From NCBI GenBank assembly GCA_028534125.1, contig CM052816.1:46378001-46442000 (forward strand): a stretch of DNA of 64,000 nucleotides, given 5' to 3'. Positions 26,824 through 39,289 of this stretch are shown piece by piece. The stretch is from Lama glama. Taxonomy: Eukaryota. The notes under the pieces were generated by a model. That model saw only the letters and a list, made by a program, of their open reading frames with translations, did no database searches and was not told where the DNA came from. Position 1 is the stretch's first letter. Each line of letters opens with the position of its first letter. A program made the translations under genes and the position numbers.

Positions 26824-27290
26824 AATAGTTCTACATTGAATGCATTTTTATAATCACTGTATTAGCACTTAAAATCCACTTATTAATTAATAGCTTCCCT
26901 ATGTGTCTTGCTTTAAATAAATAAAATACAGAAGCTTCATTTTTCAAAAGGATACCTCATCAGATTCCCAAAACCGTAGTTTTCTTTGATGCATATAAAA
27001 ATCTACATAAATTGATTGTTCATTAAATATGATAACTGCAATATATAAATTTTCATGTAAGTTTTCAGGAACATGTCAACTTGGTTGAAGAATATATAGT
27101 ACTCATTACAATCTTTCCCCATAATTATCTTTTATTTCTTTGAAGAGTAGAAGTTAAGCCATCCCTATTTATTAGTTAGTGTTATATTTTCCTTGGTTAA
27201 ACTGATAAAGTGCTCATATTTTATAACACCTACTACCAGAAAGAAGTCCACATAGATTTCTACCCATCTCCTGTCCCTAAAGGTCTAACA

Positions 27291-27883
27291 TGAGAATAAC
27301 TGGGCTTAGGGTTAACAAATTACATCCATGTCACCTATTCCTGTAATTGACTGCAATCACTTAGGCTCTGCTCTGTCCTTTCTGCCATAGAAAGTTCAAG
27401 GGTTTGCAGCTTGATCCAGAAAGAGTCAAGGCCATGAGAGATAGTAATACACAAGTTTTAATGGGTGGGGCTTGGACAGAGTTGTATGAGGAGGAAGTAG
27501 TCTATTAAGAGAACTTCCAGCGTCAGTGACACAAGTCTATCATCCACAGGGGAATGGAACAAGGGACCTTCTAGAAGAGAAGGGAAAATGAGAGGGGGGC
27601 TTGCACACAAAGGTGATGTCACTCAGTAGCAAGTGAAGCATCTCTAGGTCTAAGAGCTCCAAAGGGTAGCAGTTTTGGGTCCTTTATAGCTGCAGGGTTT
27701 GTCTTATCTACAGTTAGCAGACTTCAGGTGCAGAGTCACAGACTATGTAAAGTAGGCAGGTTCTAAATGGCTAAAAATATGCTTATTTGGCCTATATTTA
27801 AAGCAATTAGACGTGTAATAATTTGAGTTTGGTGCCAGCAAGCTTTGGGCTAATGGTCCTAACCTCCTATAAAGAAGTAAACA
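27291..27883 (-). mobile_element. ERVL-class solo LTR (MER54/MER74/MER88 group)
   Basis: Minus strand begins tgtttacttctttataggagg...tggcaccaaactcaaatt...aaataagcatatttttagccatttag; left boundary approximate. Confidence 0.6.
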
Positions 27884-28299
27884 TGAGAGCCAAAGAGATC
27901 ATCCTTGGCCATTCATATGACATCTGTTCTTTCCACTTTCCAGGTTCCTCTTCTTTTTATCTCCGGACATAAACACTGTATCTTCTGCTCTTTGCAGAAC
28001 ACAAAATGTTCCCTCCTTCTCCTTGCTCCAATTCAAATGTGGCTTTTCCCACAGCAATTTTCTTGCAGCACTCTTTCACTCTCTCACACTTCAGTACCAT
28101 GATCTGCCCCCACCCTACTCCTCATTTTGATCTTTCTATTCAAGGAAGTTCAGGTTTCTCCCAAGAGACTTTTTTTATGCATACACGATAGTCCAAAAAA
28201 AAAATCCCCCTATACTAAAGATCAGTTTACTTATTCACAAAACATACCCTCCTTGTATATGTCATCTGTTGGCCTCCAGGTTAGAGCCCCCATATTCAC

Positions 28300-29640
28300 T
28301 GAGGTTGTCTCCTGGATCACAGCCTCTTTCTGCCTGAATGCTAGTTATTAGCCTGGACAACTTCAACGTCTATATGAAAGAACATCCAATACCCCTTCAC
28401 ATCCATCAACAGTCCCTTTGATTCCAGAGGGCTTGACCTCTACTCACATTACCTAGCTCCTTTTCATGTCTCCTCGCGGACTTTCTCAGGAACCGAAACT
28501 TTTCCCCACCCGAGAAGTCAGAAATTCTGCTTCCTGCTCCTTGGCCTTCCCTTGTCTTTCTGTCTCCCTTCTGGAAACACTTAACCTACTAGACTGCAGG
28601 GTCCTTAGAACCCCTCATGATTCCATATTATTCCTTAACTGCCTCACTTCCTTTCCTTCACAGAGTCACAGACACCCTCAGCTCCTTTGTGACTATATCC
28701 TTTTGTCACATCTTTTAACCCTGGATCAAGCATACAATTTGTCCACCCTTGTACTCTGAGACCGAGTTTGGTTGAAAAAAATAATATAACTCTATAGTAT
28801 GGGGCTACTAAATGTTTATACCCTTCAACTTCAGTTTGCCTCTCTCCATTGCTCATAAAGGTCTTACTTCTCTTAACTTCTACTCCCATTTCCCTCAGTA
28901 GTAATTCAATACGTGCATCACTCCACTCAAGTCCCTTAACCAACTCCTGTTTCTAATCTCCATAGTAAATGTCAATCCCTTCTTCAGACAGAATATTGGG
29001 GCTCCCAGTTTAACTAACTCAACTTCCATACTTACTTCTCCCCCATCCTGTCTGTCTCCATTGTGGTCTTCAGCCATTCAGTCATCCCAGTTACAAAACT
29101 AAATGACATTCTCAATTTCTTCTTCTCTCACTACAAGCAGGTTATCACCATATATTTTCTTTTTTCTCCTGTATTCTTTTTTCCAGCTAAATATCTATTT
29201 TCTTCTTTGTATTCCTTTCAAAGTAAGCCCATGTTACTTTAAAATCTAATTATCTCTTCCTTCAGCTTTGGAAATGTCTTCTAACAGTTCTACTGCCTTC
29301 AGTATCATTTGCCTCAAGTTCATTCTCCTTACTTAAACAAAAGTGATATTTCTAAAAAATAAATCTGATCTTGTTACTTCACTTCTTGAAATCCTTTGGA
29401 GGTTCCCCATAGCATGGTTCCCAGAACTGGGTTTATGCACATCTGTCAACCTCTTTTCACGTAACATTTTTTACAATTTAAACTCTAGTAATACTAATAT
29501 ACTCATAGATTCCTATGAGTATCAACTTGGCACATCTGGCTGAGCACATTTTCCTTCATTCTTGCTTTTCCTAGTGACCTCCCATTCATTCTTCAGACTT
29601 TTTTTCAACCATCTGCCCTGTAGAAACTTCTCTGAGGTTG
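28300..29640 (+). mobile_element. Long L2 LINE remnant
   Basis: ctggacaacttcaacgtctatatg (degenerate GDFN endonuclease motif); pyrimidine-rich body; aaatctgatcttgttacttcacttcttgaaatcctttgg. Confidence 0.65.
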
Positions 29641-29829
29641 TCTTCAAAACTAATGAATTATTCTCTCCATAGTACTATTAAAAGTGCTAGATTAAATCTG
29701 AGAAGTCAAGGAAGGCTTTCCAAAGGATAAAACATCTAAGCAGATATTTAAAACATGAGTGGACATTAGCCAAGTATATAGTTGGGGAAACAGTGATTTC
29801 CAGGTCAGTTATTGGGGGAAGGTTCAATG

Positions 29830-29950
29830 TGTCATTCCTCCTTCTGGACTGTAAGACCCTCCAAGGCAGGATCTGTGCTTAATGCAACACTGTGTTTTAT
29901 CATAGAGCCAGATACAAAACAGGCGACCAAAAAGTTTTGGTAAAGGAAGG
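29830..29950 (+). mobile_element. L2 3' end
   Basis: ctggactgtaagaccctccaaggcaggatctgtgctt. Confidence 0.7.
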
Positions 29951-30718
29951 AGGAAAACAGAAAGGAAGGACAGGAGGACAGGATTTTAGTATTTTAATTT
30001 TCTTCTTGTCAGTTCTCTTTAATGGGACATTCTTTAAAATAATTCATTTATGAAAGATCTCTAGACTATCTCACTGCAACCAAAGGGCACTGGTCAAACA
30101 CACCATTTATCAAAAAAAAAAAAAAAAAAGAGTGAAAAGAGTTGTAATAGCAGTGCCAGCCAATTTCAGAGTGAGAAGAGTGAGAAAAAGGCAGATTCAT
30201 AATTAATTTACTCTATATTTATACCATAGTAGCTAGGAGCTGCTAACTATATGTATATATACATAAGATATATAAATATACATATATCATACATATATAT
30301 CCCTAATCTTGCAGATAATATAAGAAATAAAACATTGATAATAAAAATCTCCCAAAATACATCTTGAAGTGATTACAATACTCTCTGATTAGACTAATGT
30401 ATTAATTGAAAAAAATCATATATTCGAGGGTGAATAAAACATGAATCATGACCTCCAGGATCTAAATGCAGATCCTCCAGGATCTAAATGTTGTTACAGA
30501 GAACAATGATTATTTCAAAATAAAAACCTATGGGAAATTTGAGCAGAGGGAGAATATATCTGTCTGAAAAGATTACAAAATATTCATTGAAGAAATGATC
30601 CTTGTACTGGGGATTAATGATAAGTAGGAGCAGAACAAGAGAAGAAGAGAACAAAATATATTTTAAATTTCATGAGCAATGAATCAGAGGGGGAAATATG
30701 CAGATGGCTATTGAGAAT

Positions 30719-31134
30719 TGTGGTGGCCACTGATGCTGTTTACCAGTATCTGTTTTTGTTCCCCGTGTGTGACATGATAGGCTGGCATTTCCTAGCTTCT
30801 CCTATGGTTATTAGAGCCAAATGACTAATTCTGGCCAGTGTATTGTGAACTGAAATGACATTTGTCATTTCGGTACCATAATATTTCATTGCTAGTGTGA
30901 GACCCTCTAAAGCTCTTTCCACTCTTTCCCACGATTCAGAGACTGGCAACATTTAAGAAGATGGCTACTCCCTTAGGTTGGAGTCTTTGAGTGACTGCAA
31001 TGAACAGAGAACACCCTTGCTGACCTGAAATGATCACATAATATGTGTGAGAAATAAATCTTCATTATCTTAAGACACTCCAGTTTGGAGTAGTTTGTTA
31101 CCATATTTTAACCTAGATCATGCAGGCAAGTACA
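30719..31134 (+). mobile_element. MLT1 (I/J-type) MaLR solo LTR nested in L2
   Basis: tgtggtggcc...gcatttcctagc...tgtgagaaataaatcttc...tttgttacc...aagtaca. Confidence 0.8.
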
Positions 31135-31999
31135 GAAACAATGAGATGTTCCACTTGATAGACATATGAGGCATTTTTAATGAACTAGCGACAAATAAAC
31201 TTGGAGGGTAAACAAGTCAATTTGCAGAGAAGCATGAAGATTTTGGATTTTATTTTATAGGCGATACAGAGCTATTAAAAGCTTTCAAACAGGGAAATAT
31301 TATGAAGAGAATTGTGCTGTAGGAAAATTAATCAAGCAGGACAGAGGATTGCCTAGGAAGCAGAAAGACACTTAGGAACAGGGAAACAAGTTATGCTATT
31401 GTGAAAAGCCTAGAAGTCATGGGGTTTTAACTAGGGTGGCAGTAGGAACCCATTTGGCAGAATGAATGGAACACGTAATTTGCAGGTCCTGGCAACCAAT
31501 GAGGCCCAAAGATTTATAATTCATTCCAAGATTTTGAGCTTGGATGATTGTTAAGATGGTACCACTGCCACTTAAATAATAAGCAGAGAAAGAGGAACAA
31601 ATCTGAGAGGAAAAAGTACCAATTTAGATCAAGCATGACACCCAGCTGGCAATGTCCAGCAGAAAATCGGAAACAAACTGAATATAGATTTGACAGTCAT
31701 CTGGGAAGTGAAGCCACAATACAAATGAGATCGTCAAAGGAGAGAGAAAAAGGAAAATCAAAAAGAGAACTTTGATATAGCAAGAAAGGTACATTTCCAT
31801 AAAGTCAAGAGATGAGGAAATTTCAAGGAAAATGGAGTGATTAATAGCACCAAATGTAAAGACAGATTTAAAATGAAGATTTTTCTTTATTAGATTTGGT
31901 GACTTTCAAGAGAGCACTTTCAGGTGATACAGTTAGCAGGTGATAGCCAATATTCAAAAGACTGTGAGGTAAAGAGTGGAAAACAAACAGATTGTAATT

Positions 32000-32330
32000 T
32001 CTTTATACAGCATAAAAATATTTAGCAGATAAAATGAATGAACTAAATTATTACATAAGAAAACATGATATATCTAAAAAATACTGAATGAAAAGTGCAA
32101 AATTATACACATTGTATGATTTACACCTATTAAACATACAAATAAAAAAGGCATTTCTTGTTTATGAGTACATATATGTTATTTATACAACATAAATATA
32201 AACCCATGAAGTGATAAACAGTAGTTACATCTAGGGAAGGAGGCAGAAGGGATGGGGAAGATTTAGCAGCATCTAGATATTGTTTCTTAAAAAAAATCAG
32301 AAGCAAAACAAAAAAGATATGAGTAAAGAA
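32000..32330 (+). mobile_element. Old L1 (L1ME-type) 3' UTR fragment
   Basis: atactgaatgaaaagtgcaaaattatac...agtagttacatctagggaaggaggcagaagggatgggg. Confidence 0.55.
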
Positions 32331-32882
32331 AATGTAACCTATAAGATGTTAAATAGCGAAAGAAAATAGTAGCTTGACAGAAAAGAAAATACAATGAAAA
32401 TAAATACATTTGCTTTTTCAAGATGCCAGGAGACTAAAAAATATTTGTATGACGGATAACGTCTTTCTGTCAGTAAAGACAAACATTGAAAATAAGGAGA
32501 AGATAGATATCAGAATCCAGAAAAGAAATGAATGAAAGATCATATGTGTAAGTGAGGGTTAGGCTTAGAGAGAAGAGCAATGCTTTCTAGTATCACTTTA
32601 TTTGCCCTTAGTTTCCTCTACAGATTTTATGCTCTAGCCAATGTGAGCTCCTCACTGCACCCCTAACTCTGCTTTTCTCACCTTTTTTGCCTTTTCGTGC
32701 CCATCTTTCAATATTCTACTCTAAGGTCAACTAGGTCAACTATTCCATTAATCCTAATTATCTTGTCATATTCTACACTTTTTTAACACTTTTTTTCTGG
32801 CTCTTGCCATAGTTGGTTATCATTGTTTATTTTTTTCCTAATCTGTACATGTCTTACCTCCCTGAATTTGTCAGAACTCTTA

Positions 32883-33387
32883 TGTACCAGTTTCAAAAAG
32901 TACCTAACCTAATTTGAGTGGAAAATGAATTTATTGAAGAATACTAGAAGGCTCAAAGGATCAACAGGAAATTTGAGAACCCATCTCAAAAAGGAGACAA
33001 GGACCTAGGGAAGTTAGCCAGTGGCAATCATGGCAAAGGGTGAAAGATGAAAGCAATCTGGGTACAAGTCTGCAAGTGGCACCACTGCACCTGGATTCTT
33101 AACCCCACTGCATCTTCTTGAGTAATATCACAACCACTCCTCAATTTTTACATCACTTCCTCAATATCCTAGTTCTGGGGACCAGAACACTGACCACATC
33201 CCTGAGCTCCAACAGCCTATGAGTGGGAGAGAAGAGGGCTTCTTCAGCTCTACTAATCAGGGGCAAAAGGCAGATTTCTGCCAGGATTTACATACGTGGA
33301 AGATTTTTTTTCCAAAAAAAAAAAAGTTAATTAATTAAAGAGTTGTTCAAATTTAGGCAGCAAGAAATGCAGCAAATATACACTAGA
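32883..33387 (-). mobile_element. Old MLT1-type MaLR LTR
   Basis: gaatttattgaagaatactagaaggctc (reverse polyA signal region); ends gcagcaagaaatgcagcaaatatacactaga. Confidence 0.55.
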
Positions 33388-33559
33388 TGCTCATATTTGA
33401 CTGGGCTTTTTCCATTTTGGATTTCCTAATATAAGTGCTCAATATAAATTTACAAAATAAATAAAATAACTAATGTAGTAGGCATATATTTAATTTACAT
33501 AAAAAGCCAAAGAAAAAAATTTTCCACCAATACATTTTATGTTATGATGTCACAGATAG

Positions 33560-33760
33560 ATTTCTGATTTTGGACCTATATAAATGTATTCTGTGACCTT
33601 ACAGAAATTATGTTCTCCTCAGCTTCAGTTTCTTATCTGTAGAAGGGAAGATAATTCCTACCCTGAAGAGTTTTTGTAAGGACCAGAACATAACACACGT
33701 TACTTTCTTAATATGGTGTCTAACACATGGAGAGCACTCAATAAATACTAGCTATTACTT
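33560..33760 (+). mobile_element. MIR SINE
   Basis: ctgtgacctt...cttcagtttcttatctgtagaagggaagataattcctaccctg...gcactcaataaatactagctatt. Confidence 0.8.
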
Positions 33761-33829
33761 TCACTTTCCCCATTAAAGATGAAGAAGAAAAAGTTAATGA
33801 TATTGTCTTTCTTGTATGTTAGACCATAA

Positions 33830-34165
33830 GCCAGAGGGTAGTGTAATACTGAGGTCAACTGCAAGGAGAAGGGATCCAGACTTTTCAGATTCAAATCATA
33901 GATAAGTCACAAGTCAACAAATTAGTTGGGTGATCTTGGGCAACTTACTTAACCTTGCTGTACCTCCACTTATTTATGTATAAAGTGGAGATGATGAAGC
34001 TGATGGTAATGATACTGATGATATGATAATGTTGATGATGGTGAATATGATTACGATAACAGAGTCTCCCTTAGGGTTGTGAAAATTGAGTTAAAACATA
34101 AACTGTTTTGGTAAGTATTAATGCATTTATATATATTTTAGACTGTATGTTAACTATTGTCATTA
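33830..34165 (+). mobile_element. MIR SINE with internal (GAT)n low-complexity expansion
   Basis: gttgggtgatcttgggcaacttacttaaccttgctgtacctc; degenerate ATG/GAT run at about 33990-34058. Confidence 0.75.
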
Positions 34166-34399
34166 GTAACAGGGTTTTTTTTTTAATTGTAGAGTTTCTC
34201 CCCCCTTGGTGGGCTCAGTCATCTTCATGACAAGTCACAAATTTGCCACCTGACTGCCCTTAGGATAGTTAAGGATAGCCTCTGTGATCATGCAATAGCT
34301 CAAATTAATTATACTTGCCCAGATAAGGAAGTACTCCAAAGCTTGTCCACATTAGCACAGTGATCAAACCACAAAGAATATTTATATTCTCTTGTTCAT

Positions 34400-34510
34400 T
34401 AAATAATGAACTATTAAGTACTTACTATATGTGTCAGATACTATTCAAGACCTTTGGGATACAGTAATGAACAAAAGCAGCAACATCTTTGTTCTCATGG
34501 ACTTTCCATT
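34400..34510 (-). mobile_element. L2 3' fragment
   Basis: tattaagtacttactatatgtgtcagatactattc...gggatacagtaatgaacaaaa. Confidence 0.75.
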
Positions 34511-36199
34511 TCTCATACAATGTTAAATCAACAAATTACATGCTAAATTTTGACTTGAACATTTCAGACCATGCTCCTAATAAACATATGACTTAGATAT
34601 AAAACAAATTAAAAATCCCCATAGCTTTGGAACTGAGTACATTTCCTTAAGCTAAATCACCTTTAAGTACTTGCCAATTCTAAGATACAATGATCCCACT
34701 AAGCCCACTAACAGAGAGCAGAGATGTGACTCCTCTATGATTATAAACTACCTAAGAAATTTTAGTATTCCTTGACTGTGTGGCACTCTGTTAACTATTT
34801 TACATATATTTGACTAATTCTCATAATAAGCCTACAAGCTAAGTTCTACTATGAGCCCCATTTTATGCGTGAAGAAACAGAAGCAAGTGTCAGATTGGGA
34901 ATAAGTAGCAGAGCATGATGATGAACAGGAGGTGCCCCCAATCACCATGCCATATGAGCACCCTCAGCAGGATTTAAAGAATGTCCTCCAAGCTCCATGT
35001 GCTTCCCCATCCATGGTATTCCCCATTCCCATCTATGAATCTCATGGTTATCTTGGATTTAAGTTAGACTTCTGGTGCTCCATGACTTAACTTCTGGTTA
35101 GATAAAGCATTTGCTTGGCCTTTACATGATCCTCAAATAAATTTATGAGAGACCCACAGACTGGTGTTTTATTAAGTTCGTGTTCTTGATATACACCAGA
35201 ACTATTAGCCCTCTGTCTCCACCCCATAGCTACCACCACATCATTACCAGCCTCAACCCTATCATTGCTCCAAAAGATAAATCCTCAAAAGGAAGCTATA
35301 CTTTTAAATGATACTCGCCTTCCCTAAAAGACCATGTGGACCAGCTTGATAATGGCTTGCAACCGTATCTTCCTCAGTCATCAACAAAAACTCAGTTTTC
35401 CTGGATCATTCAACAGCCAGCCACCCTTTTCCATGTACTTCAGAATCTAACCCAATCCTCAACCCACCCAACTCTACACTCTTCTAATATGTCCTCTGAA
35501 AGTCATGGCCTACCATCAGCAAAACCACCTCCATTCTAAACACAAATTTCTAAATATTTCATTTATCATTTCTCTTTAACCAAAAGCTAGCTTTCCCACG
35601 AGGCTCTGCTCCCCCGATTCCCTCTTGAGTGGTGGACATGTCCTTCTCACATGCCACAAAACAGAGTCTGAAAGTGAAGATGTTCCCTTTGCTCTTACAA
35701 CTTTCAGAAAACTTCCACTCCTTTTCCTTCAAAAACTCCAACTCTTTTCAACTCAGGCCATCAAACATGTAACATTATCTTGTAGTTGTCTACCAAAGTT
35801 TTGTCTATTCCTCCTATTTTATTGCTTCATTTATATAAAAGTGTGATTGGGATAGATTCAAGAGAAAAATGGAAGACACAGATTGAAAACAGTGAATACA
35901 GTTTTAAGGAATTTTGCTCTAAGAGAGTAGAGAAATGATATACCTAGAAAGGGCTGTGAAGTTAAGAGATTTCATTTGTTATTACATTGTTTTACTTTGA
36001 ATTTCATGATGGGAAAAATAATAGCATGTTTATATGCTGGTATGAATTTTTCTGTAGAAAAGGGATGCAGAAGATGGAGGGGTAACTTTCTAGAGTCATA
36101 TCCTGAGTAGATGAAAGAGGAGGAATATACTTATGTGCTAGACAAAAGTGAAAGACCTGGCCTTAGAGTCTGACTCACTGTCTTTCTCTACTCATATGA

Positions 36200-36878
36200 T
36201 CAATCTTATTTTAATATCCATGTAGATGATCCATTCAAAACCTTGGCTCTCAAATCCTTTAGGCAATTATCTTGTCTTCTCTCTGCTTCAGCCACCATTC
36301 CTATAGTCCTATCCCACAAAGTGTACATTAAAATGACTTCTTTGCCTACAAAGCTCCTCCTCCCTCTATTGTAACCTCTTAGCAAAACTCCAAACCTGGT
36401 TAAATTACACAAAGGAATTTTGTGTCAAAAAATTACAAACACAAAGCCACAGTGAATGGTTTCACATAAATATATGAGCATAAATATCAAGTGGACTCTC
36501 AGGAAGCTGGGCATTCTGATTATGTAGTTCCCAAGTTAGTTCATTTTCCCATTCTCTCAGACAATTTCATGCCTTTTCCCTTAACCTCCAATACCTCTTC
36601 CGTCTACTCTCTCTTAGCTGATGATTCTATCTCTAATATTAATGAGTTTTAATATTAATGAACTTTAATTTTAAGAAACTACCAACTTTCCTGCAAATAT
36701 TTCAATATACATTTGACCTATCTCCTGATAAAATAAATGAAATGTCCCTGCTTCTGGGTTAGTCCAACTTCTCCATACTGTGCCTAAGTTTCATTCCCAT
36801 TTACCTCCTTCCCTCCTACCTTATCTAATCCTGTCTACTGGACTATTTTCATCTGCAAACAATCATCTTGTGATCTTC

Positions 36879-36909
<31 letters not shown>

Positions 36910-38280
36910 GTATATAAATTATAATATGTTATAATTTGCATTTTATATTTAAAATATAACATATTTATATGCAATATTTATGTATTATATATTATTTATA
37001 AAATAAATTTAAGTATTTATTCAAGCCCAGTTGATACCTCTTTTGTTAAGGTCACCAACAAGCTCTGTGTTGCCAAGCCAATAATCAATAAATGATCTTT
37101 ACCTTTCATTACTTCTTGTAGAACTCACCACAGATGATCACCTCTCTGTTCTTGGAATTTTCATTTGATTTGCTTGATATTACTACACTACTGACAGTCT
37201 ATTCTCTTTCTTGTTTGTACTCTACATGTTAGCAAGACTTTAACCCTCTCTTTTACTCTATTTACAACCACTTCTTAATTTTCTTATCTAACCCTATGAC
37301 TCTCAAATTTGTATCTCCAGTCTCATCCTCTTTTTTGAAATCTATGTTTTTTCATCAACTGCCTACTCAATATTGCCACAGGACATCTCTTAGTTTCTTA
37401 AATGTAACATGACTAAGGCAGAACTATTTCATCTCCCCAAATGTTTCTCAGTTCAGTCAATTACATCATTATTGGTCCAGTTGCATAAAACAAAAACTTA
37501 GATGTCATCCTTGAAAATTTGCCTGCTTTTTTTCATCCAGTTCTCCCTTCAAAGTATAACCTGAACCTAGTTACATCTTGCTACTCTCATTGCTACTGCT
37601 GTATTCCAAGTCCCCTTCATCTCCCTTCTAAACTCTTATAAGAGCCTCATAACTTACCTCATAGCTTCCACTCCTTCCCCTACACAGTAGCCAGATAGAA
37701 CTTTAAAAATCTCCATCATATCACATTTTATTACTCACTTATCTAAACTCTTCTCACAGTTCTTCAGCACAGTCAGAACCAAATTAAAACTCCCAATCCT
37801 TGCCTTCATCATTCAGCTCTTTCTATTTCACCAGTCTCCTTTCCTATTTTGTTCCTTCTCACACACTACAATTTATCTACAGTGCCCTTCTTACACTTCC
37901 TTGAATACATCAAGGCTTATTCCTACTTCAGTACCTTAATGCTTGCTGTGCTCTTTCTCTGGAACAAACCCTTGATCTTTCAATAACATGTTCCATCATT
38001 TTATTCATGTCTGTATTCAAAGATCATGAACTTAGAAAGGCTTTCTTTGACCAATCTGTCTTTGACATCTCCCCCTTTAATTTGTAATTCCTTTACACTA
38101 ATTTATTTTTCTTAATTTACAACTACTAGAAACTACATTAAATAATTTGTTCGTTGGGTTTTTTTCCTGTCTCTGTCTCTAGTAGTATTAGCTCCATCAA
38201 GGCAAGAACTCAGTGCCTAAAACAACTTCTAGCACTTGCAGGCATTCAATTGATTACATTAAATTAGAGAGTAAATGAAC
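36200..38280 (+). mobile_element. Long (about 2 kb) L2 LINE remnant
   Basis: ttgttaaggtcaccaacaagctctgtgttgccaagccaataatca; ctcaaatttgtatctccagtctcatcctc; ends gcacttgcaggcattcaattg. Confidence 0.8.
36882..37010. repeat. (TG)n(TA)n microsatellite and AT-rich low-complexity tract
   Basis: tgtgtgtgtgtgtgtatatatatatatag followed by an almost pure A/T tract. Confidence 0.85.
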
Positions 38281-38647
38281 GACTTTAATTTTTAAAAACG
38301 CTTTTTATCTGGACATTTCAGATTCAGAGTTTTATTCTCCCTTTACAGTTAAGTTTTACCTTAATAATGCCTTTTTTTTTCATTTTATATGGCACCTAGT
38401 TTAAAATTATTTTGTACCTAACTCCAATGATTTCTTCTTTAAAAACTTAAAGGTCATAAACAAACACTGAAGATGAAAACTAGCCAGTATGTAAGTTGAA
38501 GAGTCTAAGTAGATGTTTCAACTTTAACGAAGTCCTTGCAAACTACAAAATTAGCCTGGCTATTGAGTCTTACAGAATACTACTTAGAATTGCTGCTAAG
38601 GGTTAAATGTAATTTTATTGAATTCAGCAAGAGAGGACAAACTTGAA

Positions 38648-38661
38648 TTGCGTGACGTCAC
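38648..38661. promoter_or_regulatory. Overlapping XRE (TTGCGTG) and extended CRE palindrome (GTGACGTCAC)
   Basis: ttgcgtgacgtcac, exact matches with two retained CpGs. Confidence 0.35.
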
Positions 38662-39289
38662 ACAGTCAATAGACTTTCAAGAATACCTATTGTATGCTAA
38701 GAATTTGTGCTGGGCATTTGTGTTATGTGTGGAATACAGAAACGATGAAATAAAGTTCTTTACAAGAAAAGTTTGTAATTCAGTTGCTGCTACAAAACAT
38801 ATACACACAAACAATCCTTAGAAACATGTCCAAAGTACATACAAATGAAAACACACTTGAACTAGTAAAGTTTATTAGGAAAGGATAGGGATAAAACCAA
38901 CACATTATTTTAAAAAGGGGCCACTTTAATCATAGAGATGAATTCTTTTAAGTTGTTAAATGAACACAGCAGAGGAGTAAGTGAACGTAGCAAGGACAGT
39001 ATGATTTTTCCAAAAGAGAGAATGGTAAAGTCATGTGGAAACAAATACTGTGATCATCTAACTTGAGGAGAATTCAGAAATTGTGTTGTTTAGCTGGGGA
39101 ATAGGAATCTTGGCAAGGCCTTGATACTGGGAAAGGAGCTCAGATTCAAGCCAATTTTCACCCAGTTTTCAAAATCAGCAAGAAGATCCCAAAGTTGCAT
39201 GTAGTAAATGAAGTCTGAATATCCACAGAGACTCTCTATGGTTATAAGGATTCCCAGTCAGTAGGTGTCTCGTCCCCTTAATGGTTGAC

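Larger units (their letters stand above)
30500..32570 (-). mobile_element. Fragmented L2 LINE interrupted by an MLT1 LTR and an old L1 3' fragment
   Basis: gattttggattttattttataggcgatacagagctattaaaagctttcaaacagggaaat; tagatttggtgactttcaagagagcactttcagg. Confidence 0.65.

Noticed and set aside
36923..36965. 11-bp inverted repeat aatatgttata/tataacatatt
   Set aside because: Lies in an AT-rich microsatellite-derived tract where such palindromes are expected.
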